Assembly: GCA_035439365.1 (NCBI GenBank)
Contig: DAORKB010000003.1
Location: 1-53,255 of the forward strand
Origin: Bacteroidia bacterium
GTDB lineage: Bacteria; Bacteroidota; Bacteroidia; 2-12-FULL-35-15
Direction: 5' to 3'
Length of the DNA stretch: 53,255 nt
Shown: positions 1 to 8,919 of the stretch, in pieces
Numbering within the stretch: the first letter of the stretch is position 1
How the letters are laid out: each line of letters starts with the position of its first letter
The notes under the pieces: model-generated
The model's database searches: none
What the model saw: only the letters and a program-made list of their open reading frames with translations
What the model was told of the DNA's origin: nothing
Program-made: the position numbers and the translations under genes

Positions 1-273
1 ATTGGTTATGATGATGGATCAGGGATGAATAAAATGGAAGCCAAAAGAAATGTAGTGGTGATAAATGTAAAAGGTGAAAAGTTAAATACTGAACATTTGA
101 TTTGGGATGCGGTTACAAAAAAAATTTATACAAAAGAGTTTGTGAAAATTACCACAAAGGATGAAGTTTTGTTGGGAGAAGGTTTAACCGCAGATCAGGA
201 CTTTTCAAAATATACCATTTTGCATCCAACAGGAACCATTGCGATTAACGACAGCGATTCAACAAATAATTAA
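1..273 (+). CDS. lptC: LptC-like LPS-export periplasmic protein, C-terminal part (5' end lies outside the window)
   Basis: Frame 1 is open from base 1 into the listed ORF 25..273. The C-terminal sequence HLIWDAVTKKIYTKEFVKITTKDEVLLGEGLTADQDFSKYTI resembles Bacteroidota LptC C-termini as I remember them. Confidence 0.5.
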   Translation: MGYDDGSGMNKMEAKRNVVVINVKGEKLNTEHLIWDAVTKKIYTKEFVKITTKDEVLLGEGLTADQDFSKYTILHPTGTIAINDSDSTNN

Positions 274-286
274 AAAATAATTTAAA

Positions 287-487
287 ATGAAAATGTTTAA
301 AGTTTTGGAAATGATCTGGTTGATCATTGGAATTGTTGGTATTCTAATGACCGGATATTTTATTATAATAAAGGATAAAGAAGGAGCTGTTTTTTTTATT
401 ATTTTTACTCTGGTAGCTGGGATCATGTACTCGGTTCGCAAGCGACAACGTGTGCGATTTGAAACAAAATCAAAAACAAATCAGTAA
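287..487 (+). CDS. Small two-TM membrane protein, function unknown
   Basis: 66-aa ORF with two hydrophobic helices and a basic tail, packed tightly between lptC and the CNNM gene. Confidence 0.45.
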   Translation: MKMFKVLEMIWLIIGIVGILMTGYFIIIKDKEGAVFFIIFTLVAGIMYSVRKRQRVRFETKSKTNQ

Positions 488-493
488 ACTTAA

Positions 494-1756
494 GTGAGTC
501 CACTCTTAATTATTCTCATTACCCTTATTGCCTCTGCTTTTTTTTCAGGGCTTGAAATAGCTTTCATTACTTCCAATAAATTGAGAATAGAATTGGAGAG
601 TAAACAAGGTAATTTTGCTGCAAAAATCCTTGCCTATTTTAATAAATACCCATCCCGGTATTTAGGAACCATGTTACTCGGAAACAACATTGCCCTTGTT
701 ATTTTTGGTATCTATATGGATGACGAGTTGGAACCTATTATTGAAAACTTTACTTCATCAAATATTCTTATTCTGCTGATATCCACATTTATTTCAACGA
801 TGTTGATCTTGATTACAGCCGAATTTTTACCCAAAAATTTATTCAGAATAAATCCCAATAAGACATTAACGCTTTTTGCATTTCCCTTAACCATCGTTTA
901 TGGTATACTTTACCCTGTTGTAATGATCAGCATAGGTTCTTCCGAATTTATTTTAAAGAAAATTTTTCGGGTAAAAATAGAAAAGGAAAATGCAGCATTT
1001 ACAATGATCGATCTTGATAATTACGTTAGAGAAGGAACTTCTGCAGTAGAAAAAAAAGTAGAGATGGATCACGAAATACAGATATTTCAAAATGCACTTG
1101 ATTTTTCCAGTGTTAAAGCAAGGGAATGTATGATTCCAAGAACAGAGATTGTTGCTGTTGAAGTAAATGAATCCATTGAGGCATTGAGACAAAAATTTGT
1201 TCAAACCCGATTGTCTAAAATTTTGGTTTACGAGAAAAATATTGATAACATAATTGGATACGCCTACTCCAAAGAACTTTTTAAGAAACCTTCAACAATT
1301 AAAAGTATTATGTTACCGGTAAGTATTGTTCCGGAGTCTATGGCTGCCAGTGAAGTATTAACCGTTTTTATTCAGCAAAATAAAAGCATTGCATTGGTGG
1401 TGGATGAGTTTGGAGGAACATCCGGCATGTTAACGATGGAAGATGTGATGGAGGAAATATTTGGTGAAATTGAAGATGAGCATGATAAAGAAGAGCTTAT
1501 TGAAAAACAGCTCAATGAAACAGAATTCATATTTTCTGCACGTTTAGAAACAGATTATATCAATAATAAATACCGTTTAAAATTGCCTATCCTGGACAAT
1601 GTGGAAACCATCGGAGGGTTAATCATGAGCTATCATGAAAACATTCCCCGGGTAAATGAAGAAATCCACATCGAAAACGCGGTATTTACCATCCTTTCTG
1701 TGACCCGAACCCGGATTGAAACGGTTAGTTTAAAAATTCAAAACGTAACAGATTGA
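494..1756 (+). CDS. CNNM/DUF21-CBS-CorC hemolysin-family membrane protein
   Basis: GTG start. N-terminal TM domain with the SGLEIAF motif, a CBS pair (ARECMIPRTEIV..., VVDEFGGTSGMLTMEDVMEEIFGEIEDEHD) and a CorC-type C-terminus. Confidence 0.85.
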   Translation: MSPLLIILITLIASAFFSGLEIAFITSNKLRIELESKQGNFAAKILAYFNKYPSRYLGTMLLGNNIALVIFGIYMDDELEPIIENFTSSNILILLISTFISTMLILITAEFLPKNLFRINPNKTLTLFAFPLTIVYGILYPVVMISIGSSEFILKKIFRVKIEKENAAFTMIDLDNYVREGTSAVEKKVEMDHEIQIFQNALDFSSVKARECMIPRTEIVAVEVNESIEALRQKFVQTRLSKILVYEKNIDNIIGYAYSKELFKKPSTIKSIMLPVSIVPESMAASEVLTVFIQQNKSIALVVDEFGGTSGMLTMEDVMEEIFGEIEDEHDKEELIEKQLNETEFIFSARLETDYINNKYRLKLPILDNVETIGGLIMSYHENIPRVNEEIHIENAVFTILSVTRTRIETVSLKIQNVTD

Positions 1757-1840
1757 TTTTTAATCAATTGAAGTTTTAAGACTCATTTTAAATTAACAGA
1801 AGGTTTTTATTAAAAACTTTCCCATTTTCACTAAGAATCT

Positions 1841-1848
1841 TATATTTG
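1841..1848 (+). promoter_or_regulatory. Candidate Bacteroidota sigma-A -7 box (tatatttg)
   Basis: Exact match to TAnnTTTG, 83 nt upstream of the 1932 ATG. Confidence 0.4.
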
Positions 1849-1931
1849 CAACCCTTATATATGGGAGTTTGAAGTAAATTTCAAACGATGTTACCAAAAA
1901 TAAGAAATTCAAAAAAATAAAATATAGTATT

Positions 1932-4118
1932 ATGAGTGTTTTAGAAAGTTTACGTAAACGTTCGGGCTTATTGGTTGCCTTTGTAGGTATTGCATTATTA
2001 GCCTTTGTATTAACCGGTTTATTTCAAAAAGATTCGTCTTTTTTTGGAGACGATACAAAAATAGGTGAGATAGCTGGCAAATCAATAGATGTAAAGGATT
2101 TTAAATTCAGATATGATCAAACGGTTGAAAAACTAAAACAAAATTCACCAAATCGTACGGTGGATCAAAATGCATTGGATAATGCTGTACAGCAAACATG
2201 GAATCAATTAATAAATGAGCAGGTACTTGAAAAAGAGTATGAGAAAGTAGGTGTTTCTGTTACGGATGAAGAATTATATGATATCATGGTAAATCATCCG
2301 CACCAGGCCATGATCAGAAATATCAGCGATCCTCAAACAGGTAAAGTGGCACCTGTATTTGCCGATGAAAACGGTGTAGCAAGTCCTGCAAAAATTCGCC
2401 AATATGTGCAAAGTATGAAAGATGATCAGGATCAGGAATGGAAACAATTGGAGGAGTATGTGCGTCAGGTAAGATTGAATGAAAAGTATAACAATGTTAT
2501 CAAAAAAGGATTATATGTAACAAAATCTGCTGCAAAATCCATCTTTGAAGCACAAAACATAAATGTAGACCTTAAATACGTATCAAAGCCATACAGCACG
2601 CTTGTTGACAGTTTAATCAAGCCTACAAACGAAGAGTTGAACGCCTACTACAAAGCACATCAGAATGAATTTAAACAAGAAACATCACGAAAAATAGAGT
2701 ATGTTGCATTTAACATTGCACCATCCGCTGAAGATATAGAAGATACAAAAAAAGAAATGCAAGCAATTGCAACGGAGTTTAAAGAAAAAAAAGCAGGTGA
2801 GGATTCGTCATTTGTTGTAGCGCAAGCAGTAAGCAGAAATTATGATTTGACTTATCATACCAAAGGAACACTATCTCCGGAAATTGATACAACCATGTTT
2901 AAATCCGAGCCAGGTACTGTGGTTGGTCCATATTTGGAAAATGGATCCTTTCATGTCGCAAAGCTAATTGCTGTAAAAACATCTGCAGATTCTGCAAAGG
3001 TGCGTCACATCTTAATTGGATATCAAAATTCACCTGATTCTCCTTCTAAACGTACAAAAGAACAAGCAAAAAAAGAAGCGGATAGTTTATTGGTTGTGTT
3101 GAAAAAAGAGCGTAATAAATTTGGTGAGTTCGTAGAAAAATTCTCAGACGATCCCGGTAAAAAGATGCCTCCAAATAAAAAAGAAGGAGAATCTTATCCT
3201 GGAAAAGGCGGAGATTATGGCTGGATGAATGCGAGTACTGGATTTGTTGAACCGTTTAAAAATGCCGGTTTAGATGGTAAAAAAGGCGATATTTCAGTAG
3301 TTGAATCACAATTCGGTTATCATATCATTGAAGTATTGGATGTAAAAGGGGCACAGAAAAAAGTACAGGTGGCCGTTATTGATAGAAAACTGGAGCCAAG
3401 CAACAGAACATTACAAGCTATTTATGTTCAGGCAAGTGATTTTTCAGGAAAAAACAGAACAGAAGAGTTGTTTCAGAAAGCTGTGATTGATCAAAAATTA
3501 GATAAACGTATTGCAGATAATATCAAAGAAAATGATCGTCAGATTGCTGGTATCGAATCTCCAAGATCATTGATTAAGTGGGTATACGATAATGAAAAAG
3601 GAGCTGTATCCGATCCTTTGGAATTTGGAGATAAATATGTTGTTGCAGTTATTACTGATGTAAAAGAAAAAGGAATTGCAAGCCTTGAACAAGTGAAAGA
3701 TGAAGTAACAGCTAAAGTTATCAAAGAGAAAAAAGGAGCACAAATCGCTAAAGAATTTGAAACTGCTCTTGCTGGTGGAACAATTGATGCATTGGCAACA
3801 AAACTGAGTTTACCATTGCAAGAGGCACAAAATATTAATTTCTCCAGCAATTCATTGCCAGGATCATCAAATGAATATAATGTTATTGGTCAAGCAGTAA
3901 CATTAAAACCACAAACGTTAAGCAAACCGATTGTTGGGAAAGATGGGGTATTTGTAGTTTATGTCACAGCAAAAAGAGAAGCACCAGCTCCAAAAGATTA
4001 TGATGCACAACAGAAAGGTGCAATAATGGAATCACAAATGCGTGTAGATGGTGAAGTGTATAATGCATTAAAAGAAAATGCAAATATTACAGAACACTTT
4101 TTGAAATTCGGATTCTAA
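1932..4118 (+). CDS. ppiD: PpiD-like membrane-anchored peptidyl-prolyl isomerase/chaperone (SurA-N plus parvulin domain)
   Basis: N-terminal TM anchor LLVAFVGIALLAFVLTGLF. Parvulin motif VRHILIGY...GGDYGWM...FGYHIIEV. 728 aa. Confidence 0.75.
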   Translation: MSVLESLRKRSGLLVAFVGIALLAFVLTGLFQKDSSFFGDDTKIGEIAGKSIDVKDFKFRYDQTVEKLKQNSPNRTVDQNALDNAVQQTWNQLINEQVLEKEYEKVGVSVTDEELYDIMVNHPHQAMIRNISDPQTGKVAPVFADENGVASPAKIRQYVQSMKDDQDQEWKQLEEYVRQVRLNEKYNNVIKKGLYVTKSAAKSIFEAQNINVDLKYVSKPYSTLVDSLIKPTNEELNAYYKAHQNEFKQETSRKIEYVAFNIAPSAEDIEDTKKEMQAIATEFKEKKAGEDSSFVVAQAVSRNYDLTYHTKGTLSPEIDTTMFKSEPGTVVGPYLENGSFHVAKLIAVKTSADSAKVRHILIGYQNSPDSPSKRTKEQAKKEADSLLVVLKKERNKFGEFVEKFSDDPGKKMPPNKKEGESYPGKGGDYGWMNASTGFVEPFKNAGLDGKKGDISVVESQFGYHIIEVLDVKGAQKKVQVAVIDRKLEPSNRTLQAIYVQASDFSGKNRTEELFQKAVIDQKLDKRIADNIKENDRQIAGIESPRSLIKWVYDNEKGAVSDPLEFGDKYVVAVITDVKEKGIASLEQVKDEVTAKVIKEKKGAQIAKEFETALAGGTIDALATKLSLPLQEAQNINFSSNSLPGSSNEYNVIGQAVTLKPQTLSKPIVGKDGVFVVYVTAKREAPAPKDYDAQQKGAIMESQMRVDGEVYNALKENANITEHFLKFGF

Positions 4119-4136
4119 GCAAATAATATAAAATAT

Positions 4137-4174
4137 AAAACGACAGGCTATATAAAATAGACCTGTCGTTTTTA
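4137..4174. terminator. Bidirectional rho-independent terminator between convergent genes
   Basis: Stem acgacagg (4140-4147) pairs with cctgtcgt (4162-4169), flanked by an A-run upstream and a T-run downstream. Confidence 0.7.
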
Positions 4175-4210
4175 TTTTTAGAGAGCGAAATACTTTTATT
4201 TCTTTCCGGA

Positions 4211-4756
4211 TTATTTAAGTCCTTGGCAATTCCAGTCGTTGCTCATTTTTTCGGTTTCCTGATAAGCGTAGGTCATATCCAGATCGCTTGTATTTGTCTC
4301 ATCTTTTTTAACCACGTGTTTCATCGGCTTTGAAACTGTTGGTGTAGATGTTTCTGCAACTGTTGAGGTTGCAACCGGTTTTACATGCAAATGAGAGAAT
4401 GATATTGCTTTTGGCGTTGATGCCATTGATTTCATTGAATTATTTTGAACCGAATTGGTTGCAAAATAAAATGCCACAATCGAGGTCAAAGAAATAACAA
4501 CAATGCATAGTTGGGCAAAAGTTATCGGGCTGGTTTGTTTTACGTTTGTTTTCATGTCTATTTTATCGTATAAAGTGTTAATATCAATTGAAGCAAGAGG
4601 TAAAGAAGTAAAACCATTTACTGCGCAAGTGCATAACTCGCAAGTTGCAATGTGCTGATATAATTTAGCACGGGTGGATGACTCCAGTTTGTTAGAGGTA
4701 TACGCAAAAAGCTCCTCGTAGGTTAGACAATTTGAATATAAACTTGCGGTTTTCAT
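4211..4756 (-). CDS. Anti-sigma factor, zf-HC2 type, single-pass membrane protein
   Basis: H-x3-C-x2-C motif (HIATCELCTC) near the N-terminus and one TM helix (ITFAQLCIVVISLTSIVAFYFA). It lies directly downstream of the sigma-like gene. Confidence 0.6.
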   Translation of the reverse strand: MKTASLYSNCLTYEELFAYTSNKLESSTRAKLYQHIATCELCTCAVNGFTSLPLASIDINTLYDKIDMKTNVKQTSPITFAQLCIVVISLTSIVAFYFATNSVQNNSMKSMASTPKAISFSHLHVKPVATSTVAETSTPTVSKPMKHVVKKDETNTSDLDMTYAYQETEKMSNDWNCQGLK

Positions 4757-4811
4757 GACTGATCATTTTAAAATACTTATGAATGCGTTGATTTTAGTGT
4801 AAAGACAATTG

Positions 4812-5132
4812 TTATCTACGGCGTGTTGTCAATACTTCCACGCGAACTTTTTGTAATTCCATCATGCAGTGATTTCGAACCAGTGATGCTAACCATGTTC
4901 TAAAATTGGCCATTTCGCGTCTTTTCAACTCTACTTTCAGCTGATCGAAAATTTGGAAGGTACTATTATTTGCAAGGTTCTTATCTTTAAAATAAAGAAC
5001 ACACATCCCAAATACCAAATGTATATAGCGTTTGTACGCGGCACCAATGTATTTAGTTTCATCAGTTCTTTTATATAACTCAACCAGCTCGTTATCGCTC
5101 AGGTGACTAATGTTTTTGTTTGAAGTATTCAT
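4812..5132 (-). CDS. ECF-type sigma-70 family protein retaining region 2 only (truncated, possibly a pseudogene)
   Basis: 106 aa with region-2-like sequence LSDNELVELYKR...FRTWLASLVRNHCMMELQK. There is no region 4, and only 55 nt remain before the anti-sigma start. Confidence 0.55.
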   Translation of the reverse strand: MNTSNKNISHLSDNELVELYKRTDETKYIGAAYKRYIHLVFGMCVLYFKDKNLANNSTFQIFDQLKVELKRREMANFRTWLASLVRNHCMMELQKVRVEVLTTRRR

Positions 5133-5324
5133 GACCTTGTCTATTTAATGTTAAGCAGAACCCCTGTCTCCTTCATCATATCTGGTATCCCGGATTCTGT
5201 AGGGTTTAACCTTTTATCACGTTTTTTTGTTCGGGCGAATGATTAACTGGTGGTTATTTTTAATAAGCGGTGGTATTTAGGGTGGGAGTGGAGGTTATTC
5301 TTTTCCCCAACCCTCACCCTCACG

Positions 5325-5340
5325 CCCGATTGCTATCGGG
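5325..5340. repeat. Short intergenic hairpin motif cccgattgctatcggg (related copy at 25746..25760)
   Basis: Stem of 6 bp (cccgat/atcggg). The shared core CGCCCGATWGCTATCG...GACAC is seen twice in the window. Confidence 0.5.
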
Positions 5341-5377
5341 AGACACTAAATTATATCTTCCACATCTAAACATTTAG

Positions 5378-5385
5378 TAATTTTG
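5378..5385 (+). promoter_or_regulatory. Candidate -7 box (taattttg) for ctaA
   Basis: Exact TAnnTTTG, 20 nt upstream of the 5406 ATG. Confidence 0.45.
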
Positions 5386-5405
5386 CCCTGAGAAAAAATT
5401 CCAAA

Positions 5406-6365
5406 ATGCCATCAACTCTTATTCGCCGCTTTATAATAATATCACAAATTACATTGGTTTTTGTTTACCTGGTCATCATAGCAGGTTCCGTTGTACGCGC
5501 CACAGGCTCAGGAATGGGTTGCCCGGATTGGCCAAAATGCTTTGGTAAGTGGGTGCCACCAACATCCGTATCTGAATTGCCTGCAGATTATAAAGAAGTA
5601 TATGCGGAAGAACACCATGCAGTTGCAGAATTCAACGTATGGAACACCTGGACAGAGTACCTCAACAGGCTTGTAGGAGCGGTTTTAGGAGTGTTGATAT
5701 TTATACAGTTTATCGTATCCTTTAAATTTCGAAAAGAAAAGAAATCAATATGGTTATACTCTTTGCTGGAACTTATGTTAATTGGTTTTCAAGGCTGGCT
5801 AGGTGCTAAAGTAGTAAGCAGTAATCTGGCACCTGTGAAAATTACAATTCACATGGTAGTTGCGCTTATCATTCTTTCAATAGCCATTCTGATTACGACT
5901 AAAGCAAAGGAGCTTGTTTATCCAAAGGTTATATCACGCGTGGACCCCATTATAAAAAGGATGAGCATCATTGTTTTTATAGCAACCATTTTTCAAATCA
6001 TGCTGGGGACACAGATACGGGAAGAGGTGGATATCTTGTTAAAAAATTTTGATCCGATTTACAGAGGTGAAATAGTTGAACACCTGAGCAGCTCTTTTTT
6101 AACACATCGTAGTTTTTCGATTGCAATTGTATTGTTGAATGCAGGACTTCTTTTCAGAATCTATAAAGGCAAGTTGCCCGGTTCTATTAATAACTTAAGC
6201 AAATGGCTGGGAATTACGATACTTCTGGAAATTGTTGTGGGAGTGGTATTGAACAGACTTGCATTGCCGGCTCCGGCGCAACCTACCCACTTGTTATTGG
6301 CTTGTATCATTTACGGGTTGCAGTGGACGCTGATTTTGAATCTTTGGCAGAAGAAGCAGGAATAG
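5406..6365 (+). CDS. ctaA: Heme A synthase (COX15/CtaA family)
   Basis: GSGMGCPDWPKCFG motif and a polytopic membrane profile with conserved His residues. Confidence 0.85.
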   Translation: MPSTLIRRFIIISQITLVFVYLVIIAGSVVRATGSGMGCPDWPKCFGKWVPPTSVSELPADYKEVYAEEHHAVAEFNVWNTWTEYLNRLVGAVLGVLIFIQFIVSFKFRKEKKSIWLYSLLELMLIGFQGWLGAKVVSSNLAPVKITIHMVVALIILSIAILITTKAKELVYPKVISRVDPIIKRMSIIVFIATIFQIMLGTQIREEVDILLKNFDPIYRGEIVEHLSSSFLTHRSFSIAIVLLNAGLLFRIYKGKLPGSINNLSKWLGITILLEIVVGVVLNRLALPAPAQPTHLLLACIIYGLQWTLILNLWQKKQE

Positions 6366-6969
6366 CCTTATTTTCCCATTTGAATGTTTCAATCATGTGC
6401 TGAATATCTTTTCGGATAAACTCAATGACGGGTTTTGTAGAATCAGCATTGGGTGCTTCAAACAGATATAATGCACCCCTTAAAAAATGATGAACACTAT
6501 CCGTTAAAAAGAACTGCGTGGATGATGCAGCATTGCCTTCGATATTATAAATCAAGCCATAAACTTGCAATGATTGCCTGGATACCGGTATCTCTTCAAT
6601 ACCCGAAGCTTTTACCTGATGCCTGGATGTCATATCGTAGGTTTGTTCCAGGTACTTATCAAAATTACCATTAATGGCTTTGTAGGTTAAATGCAGGCGC
6701 GCCTTGAATGCAGGGAAATCCAGAAATAACCAGCAAGGTTCTGCATGTGCATCATTGTCGATTTTGATTTTGGAATATGTTGGTATATCAAATGAAAAAG
6801 GACAGTCGCCAGAATAGTTTGCATATTCTTTTTTAGGAAGATCAATCCGAAAGTAAGCGTGTGGCTTAGGAGTAGCAACTTCATCCTCGTCGCTACCGCA
6901 AGAAGGCAAAAGAAAACAAAGAAAAGCCAGAACAAAAAGGTGATAGGATTGCAAGTGCGGTTTATTCAT
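6307..6969 (-). CDS. gldD: Gliding motility lipoprotein GldD
   Basis: Lipoprotein signal ending LLPSC. Core sequence PKPHAYFRIDLPKKEY...NAASSTQFFLTDSVHHFLRGALYLF matches GldD as I remember it. Its start overlaps the gldE stop by 8 nt. Confidence 0.8.
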   Translation of the reverse strand: MNKPHLQSYHLFVLAFLCFLLPSCGSDEDEVATPKPHAYFRIDLPKKEYANYSGDCPFSFDIPTYSKIKIDNDAHAEPCWLFLDFPAFKARLHLTYKAINGNFDKYLEQTYDMTSRHQVKASGIEEIPVSRQSLQVYGLIYNIEGNAASSTQFFLTDSVHHFLRGALYLFEAPNADSTKPVIEFIRKDIQHMIETFKWENKAIPASSAKDSKSASTATRK

Positions 6970-8296
6970 TTGTCATTCTGTCAATGGTTACTTTAACACG
7001 TTTAATTCGTCTGTTATCAGCAGCTTCAATTGTGAAGGATAAATTTTTGAATTGAATTTTTTCATTTTTTGTTGGAATGCGGCCCTCTACTTCCAATATT
7101 AAACCGGCTAATGTATCTGCTTCGCCTTTGGCATCTTCAAAATCTTCTCCATCAATTTGTAAAACCCGGTACACATCATTTAAATGTGCCTTCCCTTCAA
7201 AAACATAATTGTTGTCATCTAACTTGGAATAGATCAAATCATCATCATCAAATTCATCATTGATTTCACCCACAATTTCTTCAATAACATCTTCGAGTGT
7301 TACAATCCCGGAAGTTCCCCCATATTCATCAACAACAACGGCTAAATGTATTTTTTTGGTTTGAAACTCTCTGAGTAAATCATCTATCTTTTTGTTTTCC
7401 GGCACAAAAAACGGTGGACGAATAATGGAGTGCCAGTTAAAATCATCTTTTTCATCCATGTACTGCAATAAATCTTTTGAATACAGAACGCCTAGCACAT
7501 TATCGAGCGCACCCTTATAAATAGGAACCCTGGAAAAGCCGCTATTGGTAATTGCGTCCAGTAGTTTTGTAAATCCTAGTTCACTTTCAAAAGCGATTAC
7601 ATCCATGCGTGAGCGCATAATCTGTTTTACATCCGTATGTCCGAATTTTACAATACCCTTTAATATTTTATGATCCTCGGCTGGAATATCTTCATCAACG
7701 GTAAGTTCAAGCGCCTGGGATAATTCATCTACGGAAATATTATGCGCCCTGGGTTTTATTATTTTATCAAGAACAGAGGTAGTAAAAATCAGAAAGGAGC
7801 TAACCGGATAAAAAATACGTTGTAACACTTGAACAAGAATGACCAGGGTACGGGAAACACGCAGCGGGTTTTGTGTGGCATATATTTTTGGTGTGACTTC
7901 TCCGATTAATAAAATCAGAAAAGTAACAACAACAACTTGCGTAATAAAACCAAGCAACGGATCATTTGAAAAATCAAACAGCTCTTCGATAATGAAACTG
8001 GAGAGAATAACGATGGCAATATTGATAAAATTGACGCTGATTAAAAGTGTAGCCAGTAACCGTTTGGGGCCTTCTATCAATGATAGAATTCGTTCATCGG
8101 TTTTTTCATCGGATGTTTTTAATTCCTCCATATCTGTAGGAGATAGGGAAAAGAAAGCTGATTCAGCTGCGGATACAAGTGCTACAACCAGCAACAATAA
8201 AAGCATACCTATAATTGCAAACAGTATGCTGACTGAAAAAGGTTTTAAAAGGCTAGAAATTAGTATAGAATTATTTAAAAAACCCGGGACGTCCAA
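6962..8296 (-). CDS. gldE: Gliding motility-associated protein GldE (CNNM-CBS-CorC architecture)
   Basis: TTG start. DUF21 TM domain, CBS pair (VVDEYGGTSGIVTLEDVIEEIVGEINDEFDD) and the classic gldE-gldD gene order. Confidence 0.8.
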   Translation of the reverse strand: MDVPGFLNNSILISSLLKPFSVSILFAIIGMLLLLLVVALVSAAESAFFSLSPTDMEELKTSDEKTDERILSLIEGPKRLLATLLISVNFINIAIVILSSFIIEELFDFSNDPLLGFITQVVVVTFLILLIGEVTPKIYATQNPLRVSRTLVILVQVLQRIFYPVSSFLIFTTSVLDKIIKPRAHNISVDELSQALELTVDEDIPAEDHKILKGIVKFGHTDVKQIMRSRMDVIAFESELGFTKLLDAITNSGFSRVPIYKGALDNVLGVLYSKDLLQYMDEKDDFNWHSIIRPPFFVPENKKIDDLLREFQTKKIHLAVVVDEYGGTSGIVTLEDVIEEIVGEINDEFDDDDLIYSKLDDNNYVFEGKAHLNDVYRVLQIDGEDFEDAKGEADTLAGLILEVEGRIPTKNEKIQFKNLSFTIEAADNRRIKRVKVTIDRMTNE

Positions 8297-8318
8297 GATT
8301 AATCGTTTTTAAGTTATA

Positions 8319-8348
8319 TAAAACCAAAGATACTACTTTGGTTTTATA
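8319..8348 (-). terminator. Hairpin terminator downstream of ssb
   Basis: ataaaaccaaag/ctttggttttat stem with a 6-nt loop, 14 nt past the ssb stop. Confidence 0.6.
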
Positions 8349-8361
8349 TTTAGATCGCTTT

Positions 8362-8760
8362 TTAAAATGGAAGATCGTCTCCTGATTTGGAGGCTGTTGA
8401 AAAATCATCCTGGCCATTGCTGTTATTTTCTTTTTTGCCCAGCATGGTAAATGTGTCTCCGATAATTTCGGTGGAATATCTTTTAACCTTGTCTTTATCT
8501 TCCCAGGAACGGGTACGCAGTTTACCTTCCACATAAACGGTCATCCCTTTTTTCAGATATTTTTCAGCAACTTCTGCTAAATTTCTCCAAACAACAACGG
8601 TGTGCCATTCGGTTTGTTCAATACGTTGTCCGTTTTTGTCTTTATATACTTCTGAAGTTGCGAGTGAGAAACTTGCAACAGCCGTACCTCCCTCGAGGTG
8701 TCTGACTTCCGGATCTTTACCTAAATTTCCTATTAAAATAACTTTATTTACTCCTGCCAT
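8362..8760 (-). CDS. ssb: Single-stranded DNA-binding protein
   Basis: MAGVNKVILIGNLGKDPEVR...TEWH OB-fold signature and an acidic C-terminal tip DDLPF. Confidence 0.95.
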   Translation of the reverse strand: MAGVNKVILIGNLGKDPEVRHLEGGTAVASFSLATSEVYKDKNGQRIEQTEWHTVVVWRNLAEVAEKYLKKGMTVYVEGKLRTRSWEDKDKVKRYSTEIIGDTFTMLGKKENNSNGQDDFSTASKSGDDLPF

Positions 8761-8783
8761 AATTATATTTTTTTGATTGTGAA

Positions 8784-8791
8784 CAAATATA
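8784..8791 (-). promoter_or_regulatory. Candidate -7 box (tatatttg on the minus strand) for ssb
   Basis: Exact TAnnTTTG, 23 nt upstream of the ssb ATG. Confidence 0.45.
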
Positions 8792-8919
8792 GTATCGCCT
8801 CGCGGCCAAATACAAATTTGTGTTTTAATTAATCTAAATGATTATTGGGAGCTTTAATAATATAGTAATGATCCTTCCGGGATCATACATACATGCATTC
8901 GACACGTAGGCTAACATTT

